Shown here: positions 12,401 through 20,583 of the stretch, one piece after another
How the letters are laid out: every line of letters begins with the position of its first letter
How positions within the stretch are numbered: position 1 is the stretch's first letter
Virus record (IMG/VR): IMGVR_UViG_2907208306_000002
Location: 1-64,000 of that record
From: a virus
Lineage: Duplodnaviria > Caudoviricetes
DNA length: 64,000 nucleotides
Reading direction: 5' to 3' (one strand)
Notes under the pieces: model-generated
Databases searched by the model: none
What the model was told of the DNA's origin: nothing
The model's input: the letters and a program-made list of their open reading frames with translations, nothing else
Translations under genes and position numbers: made by a program

Positions 12401-13438
12401 GCCGAATCCGATTGTATGTGAAGTAGCAGTCTTTGCGTTTGCAGTTACTTGTTTTAATTGAGTATTTAAATCGGTAAATTTTGATTTATAGTCACCGATA
12501 TTGCTAATACCTTTTAATTGCGACTCAATATCTCCGAGTCCTGAACGCACTCCAGGGTCGGAACCGAATCTGCGCTTAATATCGGCAATTTTCGCTTCAG
12601 TATCAGCAACTGATTTTAGGTAATCTTGTTCACGCTTAGCATTTTGCTGGAGGGCTAAATAATGCGTCTTTTCAAGTTGTTCAGCATCTTTTAGAATCTT
12701 TTGCTCTTCTTCAAAACGAGCCTTTAGATTAGCAACAAATTCTTTATTGCGCTGTTCTTCTTCCTTAAGGTTTTTATCTGCAATTGCTTTGCGAATATTG
12801 TAATTTTCTTTAGCAACCTGTTCGCGCTGCTTATTTATTTCTTGTTCCTGTTTTAGTGCGTCTTGTTGTTGCTTAAGGTAGTTGGTAACTTCGTCATAGT
12901 TCTTTACATTACCAGACTGGTCAGATCTAACATTAATTGATTGACCAAGTTGGTTTTGATATGTATTTGAATAACTTGTTACTTCGCCAAATTTATTTTT
13001 GTTGGCTTTTGTCTTTGCTAAAGAGTAACCCTCAAGCTCTTTCTCGAGCTGTTTAATAGTTCTAATTTGAGATTGATACTCAGATGATTCGGATTGTAAA
13101 GCTTTCTTGTTTGCATCGTGTATCGTTTTAGTTTTGCTTATTACTTCGCCATTCTTAAGAATCTGTTGAGTTACCTTTTCTATAGAACCATCAAGGTGTT
13201 TGTATTCAGTAACTGTTTCCTGGACAACTTTATTCTGCGATTGAAGGGATACATTCAGTTTTTTAGTGGCATCAATAAAATTGTTGATTGACTTGACAAA
13301 ACTTTGATCGACATCAATCTTCAAACTTAACTTCTGGAGAGAGGGAGATTTAGCAAGGGCTCTAATACCTTGATTTATATCCTTCAGTGCTTTACCTGTG
13401 TTTAACTCTGCTGAGATAAGAATAGACAAATCGGACAT
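6476..13438 (-). CDS. Tail tape measure protein with NlpC/P60 peptidoglycan hydrolase domain
   Basis: ~2320 aa coiled-coil; TP901-type TMP core (LDTAMTDLKKVTD, VGNALKT); DCSQFVQ..LPRTAAAQ..HVGVYTG. ATG at 13438 with RBS. Confidence 0.93.
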   Translation of the reverse strand: MSDLSILISAELNTGKALKDINQGIRALAKSPSLQKLSLKIDVDQSFVKSINNFIDATKKLNVSLQSQNKVVQETVTEYKHLDGSIEKVTQQILKNGEVISKTKTIHDANKKALQSESSEYQSQIRTIKQLEKELEGYSLAKTKANKNKFGEVTSYSNTYQNQLGQSINVRSDQSGNVKNYDEVTNYLKQQQDALKQEQEINKQREQVAKENYNIRKAIADKNLKEEEQRNKEFVANLKARFEEEQKILKDAEQLEKTHYLALQQNAKREQDYLKSVADTEAKIADIKRRFGSDPGVRSGLGDIESQLKGISNIGDYKSKFTDLNTQLKQVTANAKTATSHTIGFGEALSTAMQKFPIWMVAATAIYAPLHALQNGIQYVYDLDTAMTDLKKVTDETDSTYKSFIDSASNTANEIGALTLDVIKSTTMWARLGYTIQQSQQLAKQTTVYQNVGDIKTAEDASEALIATIKGFGVEVDNQGKNISHVVDVYNEVGNKFAISSAGIGEAMKRSASSLSEAGNTIEESVAMITAANSTVQDPAKVGNALKTVSMRIRGVSEDGEDLTALLPSMEKKFNSIGLTLKKNDNTFKSTYDIFSDLAKVWGTLSDFNRADILELVAGKLQGNVVASMLNNWQDAEGALQAGLNSFGSAARENEKYMESMQGHVAVFKNTVSEFWSNSIDSAWLKSLIDLGTKLVGVFGDIGNVLILATGIFLTFKSKAVASTITSLSSAVAALFTTRTALQATTTAAETTAVAMTGLQRALGLFGLIATGISVLYTVSSNWNGSLEKTKQLIDDTDNKYSKLSSTLDEVSSYYKENHNAIETDANVKDKMFELQSQLIDSFGEEAKGIDLVNGKYEEQAKLIEGLSGKKLDEQIKSNDIIVNALNDKKFASPVLSGKLSNRSAEGGYKIIDNPAFKAKDMSLVEYYKTLLDLQDKIYNHNKLNVDDYKDFFSSMGTLPKTNEEWLKALEQVESKISEIQPLMDKINDGESLRNQKVINTFKTQSAAVKNYTDEQTKLFDNLTGVFSSQPTKDFQESMVEIQNVVRNFDGSNIQAVVDELKQIPSIQGNSEIINSLNNIAEKANSANNSISNLVQGSSTDFDKLAESITSSKSEIELLTDAQGELSKNNTLSTSTVSKLNKMYGDFVKVTGLSKDKVLEFLKAKKEEKFEFFDSEIKKTESAISNSKIRIAALEEEYNALKKVSEERVNQRIDELNEMVASGQISDREAERQIAGIRRIGDTTSLSLQAEIDNLNGLETQLNILKGARSDLSATSAQADKQQKQSNDTISETNELLTETQKRLAAVKKELSDLDNKRSRLKQGSKEYRNSIEQENKLLQQQAELLKEGIADPSKLVSQKVTTSTKVPSGTSNSAPSNSSAPSSSIDNLIANGRGLQGKLTYKQITGEFKGTYDQFVNRALSDCSQFVQEMFKQFADVNLPRTAAAQFKTGTKVDKADLQPGDLVFFNTTGKTASHVGVYTGNGKFLQMGNHGLSEQNLNSKTWTETYKYDGARRVVSGGGSSSVSSASSSSSGTKTSTKNPSQSEKINAKADAEQQLSDNELKQYQNRIAYINDFVKESQGKLENLDTLIANSQTKQSKYSQISQQWRNEEQTQIKALEDQQKELHASNDNIKKLVNDKKITSGEFDKQIADNSRKWIEIEQQKQEKIFAIGESQLDEYVSKINSVGDQLEISSAKLSLMSESSSEYSDELMKQIPLISKQKELANEELTLALQQLSTLPKESDQYKTKSERIQQLTIDMVNYDKSIKDVTKSLYEMASDKLTTVFDRMKSSLDLGEIFDAGEFDDSVDSILVSLDKVDGVFSGGVNFVDTTSQTRSNLQDYASKVRDIANEVKTALNYTIDLSDVNFSNMSDLSNQIKSQINLVADLKNKINDMNDAIRDTELQYQKEEDAISDYINNTGKYYDSQIEKQQEILKNLDEQYNKEDRIKKLQELNDEINKVKKDKRFSYINQAGEEILTYDKARVDELEKQKDDLVKQYERDDVKQAIQDEIDRLQKEKNDTIQILQDKLDRTKEIHQQNLEAMKLYQSSLSSLYQQSVTDTQAKLTQFQEALQKGLEDGSISADEGSKLLQLVVDGWQASSLQKWDIYISEVSSKLSQLQALYAQMASLAASMGSIGSSGGGGSRSGGSSSSKSSSGSLSSAKSDAISKIDTSTSAGKAAADYINNLVSIDGNKISDETLAAIEYNASFKTRKYHTGGEVGKEPLAKGEVPAILKLGELVLTEEHKKKLKDIITQPRAIIESLTSGIKNTMSNIRLNTPTVATNSGTSYTFSGDITVKANNPMEFFKGLETHIASNRK

Positions 13439-13517
13439 TACGTATATCACTTCCTTTTTATAATAAAAAAAGAAGCGATATAAGATCGCTTCTTAAGTTG
13501 AGAATATGAAGATTTTT

Positions 13518-13579
13518 AAAAACACTAAGCAATACTGTAGAGATCTTTCTTAACCTCTATAGTATTGCTTAGTGTTTTT
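13518..13579. repeat. 25-bp-arm inverted repeat (1 mismatch, 12-nt loop)
   Basis: AAAAACACTAAGCAATACTGTAGAG / CTCTATAGTATTGCTTAGTGTTTTT. Confidence 0.9.
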
Positions 13580-13623
13580 CATAAAAAAACCACTCAATAT
13601 TGAGTGGAAAGTAGAGCATATGG

Positions 13624-14121
13624 CTATTGAAAATACTGTTTAATGTTTTTATCTAATATATTCTTTATTGACTGAATATCTTCTGCGGATATTCCCGTGC
13701 TTGAATCAACGGCGTAATCGTCATTTTCATTTTTAGTTAAAGTAGGAGAGCTAATTTTAATTGAATCCAAAATTGTTAAATAAGGTTCAGTTAAATCTAA
13801 CATGAGTTTTGCCTTTTCTAGCTCGTTTTTGTTATTCGCGTCTTCAATGTCTGCTGTGAGAAATTCAATATATTGGGGAATTGGATTTTCTAATTTAATT
13901 TCTCCGGTTTTCTTATCACGATTGTTAAAGGCATCGGATAAACTTACATATAGATCTTTAATCATATCGACGGTGGAATCATCATCGATGGTTTTTGCGA
14001 ATTCCGGTTTTAATTTTAAAGAAGATGAGAAAGATACTTCTTTTGCTTTTTCTTTCGCACAGGCTGACAATATGACCGCAAAGCTCAGAACAAATAACAA
14101 CAAAAATAATTTAGATTTCAC
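13624..14121 (-). CDS. Lipoprotein (possible superinfection-exclusion moron)
   Basis: GTG start after GAAAGG; signal peptide MKSKLFLLLFVLSFAVILSAC with lipobox. Function inferred. Confidence 0.75.
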   Translation of the reverse strand: MKSKLFLLLFVLSFAVILSACAKEKAKEVSFSSSLKLKPEFAKTIDDDSTVDMIKDLYVSLSDAFNNRDKKTGEIKLENPIPQYIEFLTADIEDANNKNELEKAKLMLDLTEPYLTILDSIKISSPTLTKNENDDYAVDSSTGISAEDIQSIKNILDKNIKQYFQ

Positions 14122-14250
14122 AGAGTTCAACCTTTCATCTGTATGATAAGAACAGTTTATCATAATTAGTGGGGAAATATGCCATCTAATTAATACGGAT
14201 GAAAGGTGAATGAGTCTCAGTTTATTTTTGATATTATTTATGCAAACTCA

Positions 14251-14297
14251 TGTCTATATATAGTGTTTGAAAATTATATAAATACTATATATAGACA
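14251..14297. repeat. 18-bp-arm inverted repeat
   Basis: TGTCTATATATAGTGTTT / AAATACTATATATAGACA. Confidence 0.85.
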
Positions 14298-14324
14298 AGA
14301 ATTCTTGATAAAATGATAGTTTTA

Positions 14325-15779
14325 TCATGTTGTAAGTTTATTGCTTAGATAATTAATTTCCCGTATTTTGATAAACATCCATGTTACTATGATCCAGTAA
14401 ATAAAACCCGTTGGTGGTAAATTTAATAATTGGTCGATTGCCATCTGCCCCCACATCCCAATAAGTGCAGATATGATAGATACTAGTTGGATAATATCTC
14501 TTTTCTTTTTCATTACCAATGTCTTTTCTTTTCTAATTTTCAACAAGGACATTACACCATAAACCACTGGAAAAAAATAAATGGCTAAGCCGATTAATCC
14601 TGAATAAAGAATCAAGTTCAATAAGCTGCTTTCCACATTTGTAAATACACCCACTGCTTGTGGGCTCGGGTTATATCCAATCCCCTTACCCATTGAGAGA
14701 AATAGTACTTTGTCCATTGGAGATAGATGAGCGAGGTGTGAAAAGAAATCTTGATACTGGAACGTTCTGCCTGCGCCTGTGGGGTCGTTAGCAAATATTC
14801 TTTCCTGTAGACCAAAGGCGAAAACCGAAACCACGATGGCTGCTAAAACACCAATAAAATACTTTAGCATCGGTAAGTACAGAAGTGACAAGGCCATTAA
14901 TCCCAATGCTACTCCAAGCAAGGCACTACGTGAAAGTGACATCATTACGCAAAATAAGGATGAAAGCAGAATCAAAGCGTAAATAATTCTTTGCTTTCGA
15001 CTGGTGAATGCGTTCGACAGAAACCATCCAGTCAATATGAGAACTCCAACAATCATTACGCAGCCGAATAAATTTCCGTTCTGAAAGGTTCCTACTAGTT
15101 TTAAGCCAACTGCAGTAACATTCATTTTCATCTCAAAAAGCTGGTTACCGAACTCTTGATAATCTGAATAATTTACAGTCAGTCCTGGAATTAGAATTGC
15201 ATAATGACCAAACAAATACTGAGCCACACCATAGATTGCTGTAAGTGAAAATGTAATGAAAAATGTTTTAGAGAGTTTTTCTGGTTTGTCATAATATACG
15301 AAATATAGGAACATCGTAGTTAAAATCGGCAAATAAACAGGAATAAATCGAGTCAATGATCCTATCAAACCGTTTTGAGTAAATGAATAGAACATCATCA
15401 ACGATAGGGCTATACCTGAAAAGAACATGTATTTTTGTACCAAAGAAGTGGTAATGGTATAACTCATTTTCATTCTTGATTGACGCATAAATATTAACCC
15501 AAACGAGAAGAGGGCCATACCTAATATTAACGAACTAATAACTATTGGAGAGTCAGCAAGTTTAAGCCCAGCTTTTGGAAAGGTAAAAACAAAAAGAAAG
15601 TATGTAGATGTAATGGCTACTAGATACTTATTTGAAAAAGACATAATACCTAGAAATACTGCAAAAATGGCCCCAAGTAATATCAAGGAAGGAGTTAAAC
15701 CTCTAGAGCAGACTACTCCAACAGCTAATGATAATGCTAATACTAAAAACGTCCCGAAACTTCGCTTTACGGCAAACAT
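14325..15779 (-). CDS. O-antigen ligase/polymerase (Wzy/WaaL)-like polytopic membrane protein
   Basis: About 12 TM segments; GTFQNGNLFG, SLSRSALLG, GRTFQY, GKGIG motifs. Confidence 0.75.
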   Translation of the reverse strand: MFAVKRSFGTFLVLALSLAVGVVCSRGLTPSLILLGAIFAVFLGIMSFSNKYLVAITSTYFLFVFTFPKAGLKLADSPIVISSLILGMALFSFGLIFMRQSRMKMSYTITTSLVQKYMFFSGIALSLMMFYSFTQNGLIGSLTRFIPVYLPILTTMFLYFVYYDKPEKLSKTFFITFSLTAIYGVAQYLFGHYAILIPGLTVNYSDYQEFGNQLFEMKMNVTAVGLKLVGTFQNGNLFGCVMIVGVLILTGWFLSNAFTSRKQRIIYALILLSSLFCVMMSLSRSALLGVALGLMALSLLYLPMLKYFIGVLAAIVVSVFAFGLQERIFANDPTGAGRTFQYQDFFSHLAHLSPMDKVLFLSMGKGIGYNPSPQAVGVFTNVESSLLNLILYSGLIGLAIYFFPVVYGVMSLLKIRKEKTLVMKKKRDIIQLVSIISALIGMWGQMAIDQLLNLPPTGFIYWIIVTWMFIKIREINYLSNKLTT

Positions 15780-15820
15780 ATATCCCCCACCTATAACCTT
15801 ATTCGATACGCTATGTATCG

Positions 15821-15850
15821 ATCATATCCTCTGGTGGCTTATTTTGTCAA
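15821..15850 (-). promoter_or_regulatory. SigmaA-type promoter of the Wzy-like gene
   Basis: TTGACA-18 nt-TATGAT on the minus strand. Confidence 0.55.
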
Positions 15851-15856
15851 TTAATA

Positions 15857-17875
15857 CTAGTTAGATATTTGCTTCCAGTCAGTCGAAGCGGTTGTACCGA
15901 CAGCCATATAGATTATTCCACCTACGATGGCTATTTGTCCTTTGTATAAAGGTGTATTAGTAATGCTCGTGATAGGTGGGTTAGCCCCATCCCATACATC
16001 ACTACCTTTATGCCAGGTTGGCCGTCCCTCTGTTTCGTTAAAGTATTCGAAACCGACAGATACGGCAGTTGTTCCGCCTGATGGTCGTTCCGAGGTTGAT
16101 CCCCGAGCAGACAGAACTCTACTATAAGGCTTCCATCGTGGAGAGACTTCACTGGCATTTAAGTATGAGATGTTAGCGTAGGCATTTGTGACACCGTAGG
16201 TGCCCCCTTGAAAGACGATACCCGGGCTGCTGTCGTTCCGAGTTGAGTAAATACTTCCACCAACAATGACAAACCCATTAGTAATCTCTGAACTATCACC
16301 TCCGCCAATATCAACTCCGAAGGAATTGCTGTCAGTTTTTACATAAAGATTTGCAATGTTCGTTCTCCAGCCTTTGATTACATTAATAGCATTTTTATTA
16401 AAGTCACTACTGTTGGAACGGTTTGGATAGTAGATGCTTAGTTGATTTACAGTAATGTCGATTGTTGAAGACGTAACAAAAGCTCTCTTATCAGAGTTTC
16501 TGATACTTAGTTTTTCGATTGTGACTCCACCAATTTGCTCAGCATAGAAATTTTGTCCACCGTTAATTTTAAGTTCTTCAATGTATATGTCATGGTCTGG
16601 GATGTTGCTGGATATGGGGTATGGGTACCCCAAACTATTTCCGATCAGGTTGAATAACGAACCGTCTGCATGTATTTTCTCAGCGGATATGTTTTTGACA
16701 TTTCGGAATCGGATTTCATTATTTGATCGAACCTTACCGAGAAACTTAACCCCTCGGCATCGTTCAAGATAGACCCCATACAAGGAATTATCATCCACAT
16801 CAATATTTTCAGCGGTAACATCAAATAGGGTAAAATCGTCTTTTGTTGGCCAATCGCTTGCATCCATAAAATTGAAATACTGAACCTGGAAACCTACATT
16901 ATTATTTTTACCCCTAACGTTCCGTATCCGAATTTTTCTGCTTGCTAGATATGACCATTTGATCGTTGTTCCGTCTGCAATTGCACTATCTACAATTACG
17001 GCAGTCTTACGATTCCTAGCGTCTACATTCTCTACTGTGATATCATATCCGCCGCTCACTCTGACACCGTTTGCGTGATCGTCTCCATCTACAATAATAT
17101 TGCGAATGATGGAGTGATTGTTATTTCGTGTGGTCATATCTGGGCTATTAAACGGCGGGCGTCCATTATTGTATACGTACGGGTTTGCGGGATTTGTTAG
17201 ATCGTAATAAGTTACAAGAGCAACACAATCATCGCCAACATCAGTCCCCCGAACTCCGTCAACTAAAATATTTCGATGACACGCATTAAAGTGGAGTCCA
17301 TCTGCATGTGTATGTTCTAAAATGAGGTTTTCGACTACAATATCTCTACATCCCTGAAATATGACTCCAGCTTGCGGAGCGTTTTTTACTCGACAGTTTA
17401 CTAAGTTAATATTTCTTGGGCATTGTTCGGCATCAATACCACCCCAAAAGTAGAATGCGTCACCAGTTGAACGATTAACAGGGCGAACTGCCCACTCAAC
17501 TGCAACATTCTCGAATGTAATATTGTTACAATTTCCTTTAACTACAATACCATTGCATTGGTCCCCGAGGTTGGTAGTTGGGTTTAGGTTATCCATCCAT
17601 AAAACTGCCGCAGGATCAAATAGAATCTTGATGTTTGATATATCGAGTAATGTGATTCCACCATAATCTCTTGTTCGGTCACTCCCTCTTCCGATGCGGT
17701 ATTTACCCTCTGGAAAGTAGAGAATTCCTCCGCCATTTTGTTTTAATCGTGCTATGGCGTTTTTTATTGAATTGAAATCATCGGTTACTCCGTTACCCTT
17801 TGCCCCAAAATCTTTAACAGTTAATATTTTGAAGGAATCTCTAAGTTCGTTTGAAAATAACTTGTTTTCTTTCAT
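15857..17875 (-). CDS. Pectate-lyase-3/beta-helix polysaccharide depolymerase (tailspike-like)
   Basis: VKDFGAKGNGVTDD, YFPEGKY, ADGLHF, GDDCVAL motifs; C-terminal GSTSERP module. Confidence 0.85.
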   Translation of the reverse strand: MKENKLFSNELRDSFKILTVKDFGAKGNGVTDDFNSIKNAIARLKQNGGGILYFPEGKYRIGRGSDRTRDYGGITLLDISNIKILFDPAAVLWMDNLNPTTNLGDQCNGIVVKGNCNNITFENVAVEWAVRPVNRSTGDAFYFWGGIDAEQCPRNINLVNCRVKNAPQAGVIFQGCRDIVVENLILEHTHADGLHFNACHRNILVDGVRGTDVGDDCVALVTYYDLTNPANPYVYNNGRPPFNSPDMTTRNNNHSIIRNIIVDGDDHANGVRVSGGYDITVENVDARNRKTAVIVDSAIADGTTIKWSYLASRKIRIRNVRGKNNNVGFQVQYFNFMDASDWPTKDDFTLFDVTAENIDVDDNSLYGVYLERCRGVKFLGKVRSNNEIRFRNVKNISAEKIHADGSLFNLIGNSLGYPYPISSNIPDHDIYIEELKINGGQNFYAEQIGGVTIEKLSIRNSDKRAFVTSSTIDITVNQLSIYYPNRSNSSDFNKNAINVIKGWRTNIANLYVKTDSNSFGVDIGGGDSSEITNGFVIVGGSIYSTRNDSSPGIVFQGGTYGVTNAYANISYLNASEVSPRWKPYSRVLSARGSTSERPSGGTTAVSVGFEYFNETEGRPTWHKGSDVWDGANPPITSITNTPLYKGQIAIVGGIIYMAVGTTASTDWKQISN

Positions 17876-17881
17876 TCGTCA

Positions 17882-18160
17882 TCACGCTCCATACTTACCA
17901 GACCATTTGTAATCGATTCCGACTTCTACTATGACAACAGATTCAATTAACGCATCATTGTCATTAATCTGGAACCCTTGGTCTGCATCGAGCACATTTT
18001 TATCTTTTCCATTAACAATTACCGTGCAGGCTTGGGAGTTAAGAAAAGAGAATTCATAATATTTGCCTCGGGGTGAATTCCACCTTGCATCAATGACAGG
18101 GAGGACTTCTTGATTTGCAGTTGAAGTACCTTTATCGCTTCTAATACCCAGACTGATCAT
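17882..18160 (-). CDS. Small beta-rich protein preceding depolymerase
   Basis: ORF with GAGGAG RBS. Confidence 0.65.
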   Translation of the reverse strand: MISLGIRSDKGTSTANQEVLPVIDARWNSPRGKYYEFSFLNSQACTVIVNGKDKNVLDADQGFQINDNDALIESVVIVEVGIDYKWSGKYGA

Positions 18161-18262
18161 TCATAATACAACTCCTCAATATAAATTGTTATTTAAAAAC
18201 AGGAGAGAACCAGAGGAGTCTTTGCTTGAAGTGAACGCTCTCGCCTATTAAAATCAAAAAAA

Positions 18263-18323
18263 TAAAACCCTTATAAATAAAGGGTTTTTTGGTGTGAAAA
18301 ACTTGATAAAAGATGGATTTCAT
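18263..18323. repeat. Composite site copy 2
   Basis: TAAAACCCTTATAAATAAAGG at 18263-18283 and ATAAAA-GATGGA-TTTCAT at 18306-18323. Confidence 0.85.
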
Positions 18324-18324
18324 C

Positions 18325-18516
18325 TTAAACGATGGACACACAGGTAATCTTATTCCACTCCATAGGATTCAATGGGGGAGGATCGCCAATAAAGACAGGA
18401 CCATAGGTGTATGTATATTGATTAGGTTGTTTATACTGCTTATCTATTTTATCCTTGAATTCAGCGATTTCTGTAGGTGTACCTTCAACTTCAAAGCCAT
18501 AAATTTTAGCTTTCAT
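18325..18516 (-). CDS. Small hypothetical protein
   Basis: Starts 2 nt after the recombinase stop; GFEVEGTPTEIAEF motif. Confidence 0.65.
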   Translation of the reverse strand: MKAKIYGFEVEGTPTEIAEFKDKIDKQYKQPNQYTYTYGPVFIGDPPPLNPMEWNKITCVSIV

Positions 18517-18518
18517 CG

Positions 18519-19541
18519 TTAATGCTCACTTTCATCTTTTATTTTCTTCTTCAATTGATTAATTTTGTCTCTGATTTCTGCTTTGGATTGAGGTTTAATG
18601 TACGATTGACGCGTAGTTTCTATGGATTTGTGGTTTGCAAGTTCTGCAGCGAGGGACATGTCTCCGGTCTTTTTGTAAATGGAGTTTAATGTTGTTTTCC
18701 GTATACAGTGAGCATGGAAGTCGTCCAATCCAATGATTTCACCAATTTTCTTAATCCGATTTTGGATAGTGCCTTTATCCATTGGCTTGTATTCGTTTCT
18801 ATATTTAGTAATGAATAATGAATCTACAGAAAGGTCGTCCATGTCTTTTCTTATTTCTAGCCAATCAGAGATCAATTGCTTAGCTTCTTCTGAGAAAATG
18901 ACCTCAACTTTATATCCGCGTTTCTCACGAATGTCTGTGAAAATCATGTTTTCTAAATCAAGAGAGGAGAGGGTGAGTTTAGAAATAGCACCAATCCTGT
19001 TTGCGGATTCGAGCATTACTTCCCATATAATACGATCTTGAATATCGTACCTTTTGTCCTCTTCAATCAACCCTTTACGGATAATCTCAATTTGATCGTC
19101 ATCAAGGAAGTATGAGTTTATAATCTTTTCTTCATTTGCACCCTTCATACGTTCAAGTTGTTTATCGAAAGGGTGACGGTCAACATATTTACGTTTCATG
19201 CTCCATAGGTAAAACGAACTGACCGCCGATATCTTAGTGTTAATTACTTTCTTGTTGTTCTTTAATGTTTCCTGACAGAATGAAATGAATGACTCCATAA
19301 TTTCAACTGCGTTTTCAAAGAATTCATCCGAATAAAGACCAATATTATCCCATTCTTCCGAGAGGAAGACCAAGAACTGTGTAAAATAGTTTTCGTAAGC
19401 CTTATATGTAGTCTCTTTAACATCGCGGTTTTTGATGATGCTACTATGTAAATACTTCTCGTATAGCTTCTTATTATCTGGAGAAATCCTAGCTTTGCGT
19501 TCTGCTGTAAAATACTTCACTTTAATTATTTTTGCCGCCAA
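18519..19541 (-). CDS. Tyrosine recombinase within late operon (YomM-like)
   Basis: Catalytic residues R (ANRIG), K (REKRG), HxxR (HCIR), H (ANHKS), Y (RQSY). Confidence 0.9.
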   Translation of the reverse strand: MAAKIIKVKYFTAERKARISPDNKKLYEKYLHSSIIKNRDVKETTYKAYENYFTQFLVFLSEEWDNIGLYSDEFFENAVEIMESFISFCQETLKNNKKVINTKISAVSSFYLWSMKRKYVDRHPFDKQLERMKGANEEKIINSYFLDDDQIEIIRKGLIEEDKRYDIQDRIIWEVMLESANRIGAISKLTLSSLDLENMIFTDIREKRGYKVEVIFSEEAKQLISDWLEIRKDMDDLSVDSLFITKYRNEYKPMDKGTIQNRIKKIGEIIGLDDFHAHCIRKTTLNSIYKKTGDMSLAAELANHKSIETTRQSYIKPQSKAEIRDKINQLKKKIKDESEH

Positions 19542-19543
19542 TT

Positions 19544-20551
19544 TTAACTCACCCTGATTTCATAATCATATCCCACGCCAGAATAAATCTCTTCATAAGA
19601 TAGCCATTCTGGCCGTTTAATCTCATGCAAAAAGCCAAACATCTCGTCCAATGTTCTTTCTTTGAAATCTTGAGGATAGAATATTTTATAATTAAAAATA
19701 CTCAATAGCTCGGAAACCTTATGATCAAATCTTTCTTTGTAATCTTTCTCCATTCGACTTATCTTTTCCCCATAAGGATATAGACCAGCAATTTCGAGCC
19801 AAATAATATCGCCATTATACAAAATTACATAGTCGCAATCTTTCTTTCCTTCGTAATCAGGAATCCATTCGTTATAAGATACATTTCTTAAATAAGATAT
19901 TTTATTTTTTCGAAGCCAGTTTGAGACATCAAATTCATAATTACTTTTACACAGTTCACCATTAGCGAATTCATGATGTGATCCAGAATTTCCGACACTA
20001 ATATCAAAACCGTAATGAATTAATGTTTTATTCCAAGATCCATACCTGTTTTGATAGCACCAAAAGGAAGGGTAATCTGGATTGTTATTGAATTCATGTA
20101 ATTTAGGAGGACGACCATTCAAATTAACGAAGTCCATAAACTTCTCTTTTAGTTCGATATCTGTATAGCGAGAGACCTTCTCTTTCAGTCCAGCAGCTTT
20201 GATTGCGTTATTCCACGATCCGAATTCTTTATTAAAATGGTACGACGAGGGGTAACCTTTTGCGTCATCCATATCTTTGGCATAAGGCTGTCTGCCGAAC
20301 TCATTTATGAAACGATCTATTTCAGTTAAAAGATATTCCTTGGTATAGTTGAGTTTAGGTGGAATATCGAAACCTGCTTGCCTAAGCGCTTCATCGAAAG
20401 AGGGGAAATGATTAGTAAAAGTTTTTCGAGATGGATATCCTTCAAGCTTTTCAAAATCTTTCTGTACCGGCATTCTTCCATGCTCTTTGACAAACCTTTG
20501 AAGCTCAGCGATAAGAAATTCTTGTTTATATCCACTATATTTACTTTTGAT
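19544..20551 (-). CDS. Homing-endonuclease-associated repeat protein with C-terminal PD-(D/E)xK-like domain
   Basis: Three repeats (F..GR.P..YPS..FGSWN type) plus DCDY..WLEIAG. Frame is open to ATC at 20551, 8 nt after AGGAG. Confidence 0.7.
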   Translation of the reverse strand: MKSKYSGYKQEFLIAELQRFVKEHGRMPVQKDFEKLEGYPSRKTFTNHFPSFDEALRQAGFDIPPKLNYTKEYLLTEIDRFINEFGRQPYAKDMDDAKGYPSSYHFNKEFGSWNNAIKAAGLKEKVSRYTDIELKEKFMDFVNLNGRPPKLHEFNNNPDYPSFWCYQNRYGSWNKTLIHYGFDISVGNSGSHHEFANGELCKSNYEFDVSNWLRKNKISYLRNVSYNEWIPDYEGKKDCDYVILYNGDIIWLEIAGLYPYGEKISRMEKDYKERFDHKVSELLSIFNYKIFYPQDFKERTLDEMFGFLHEIKRPEWLSYEEIYSGVGYDYEIRVS

Positions 20552-20583
20552 ATCAAATACTCCTTTCCGATAAAATAACTCTT

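Noticed and set aside
20326-20556. 76-aa minus-strand ORF as a separate gene
   Set aside because: It overlaps the repeat-containing frame, and its TTG is only 3 nt from the RBS.
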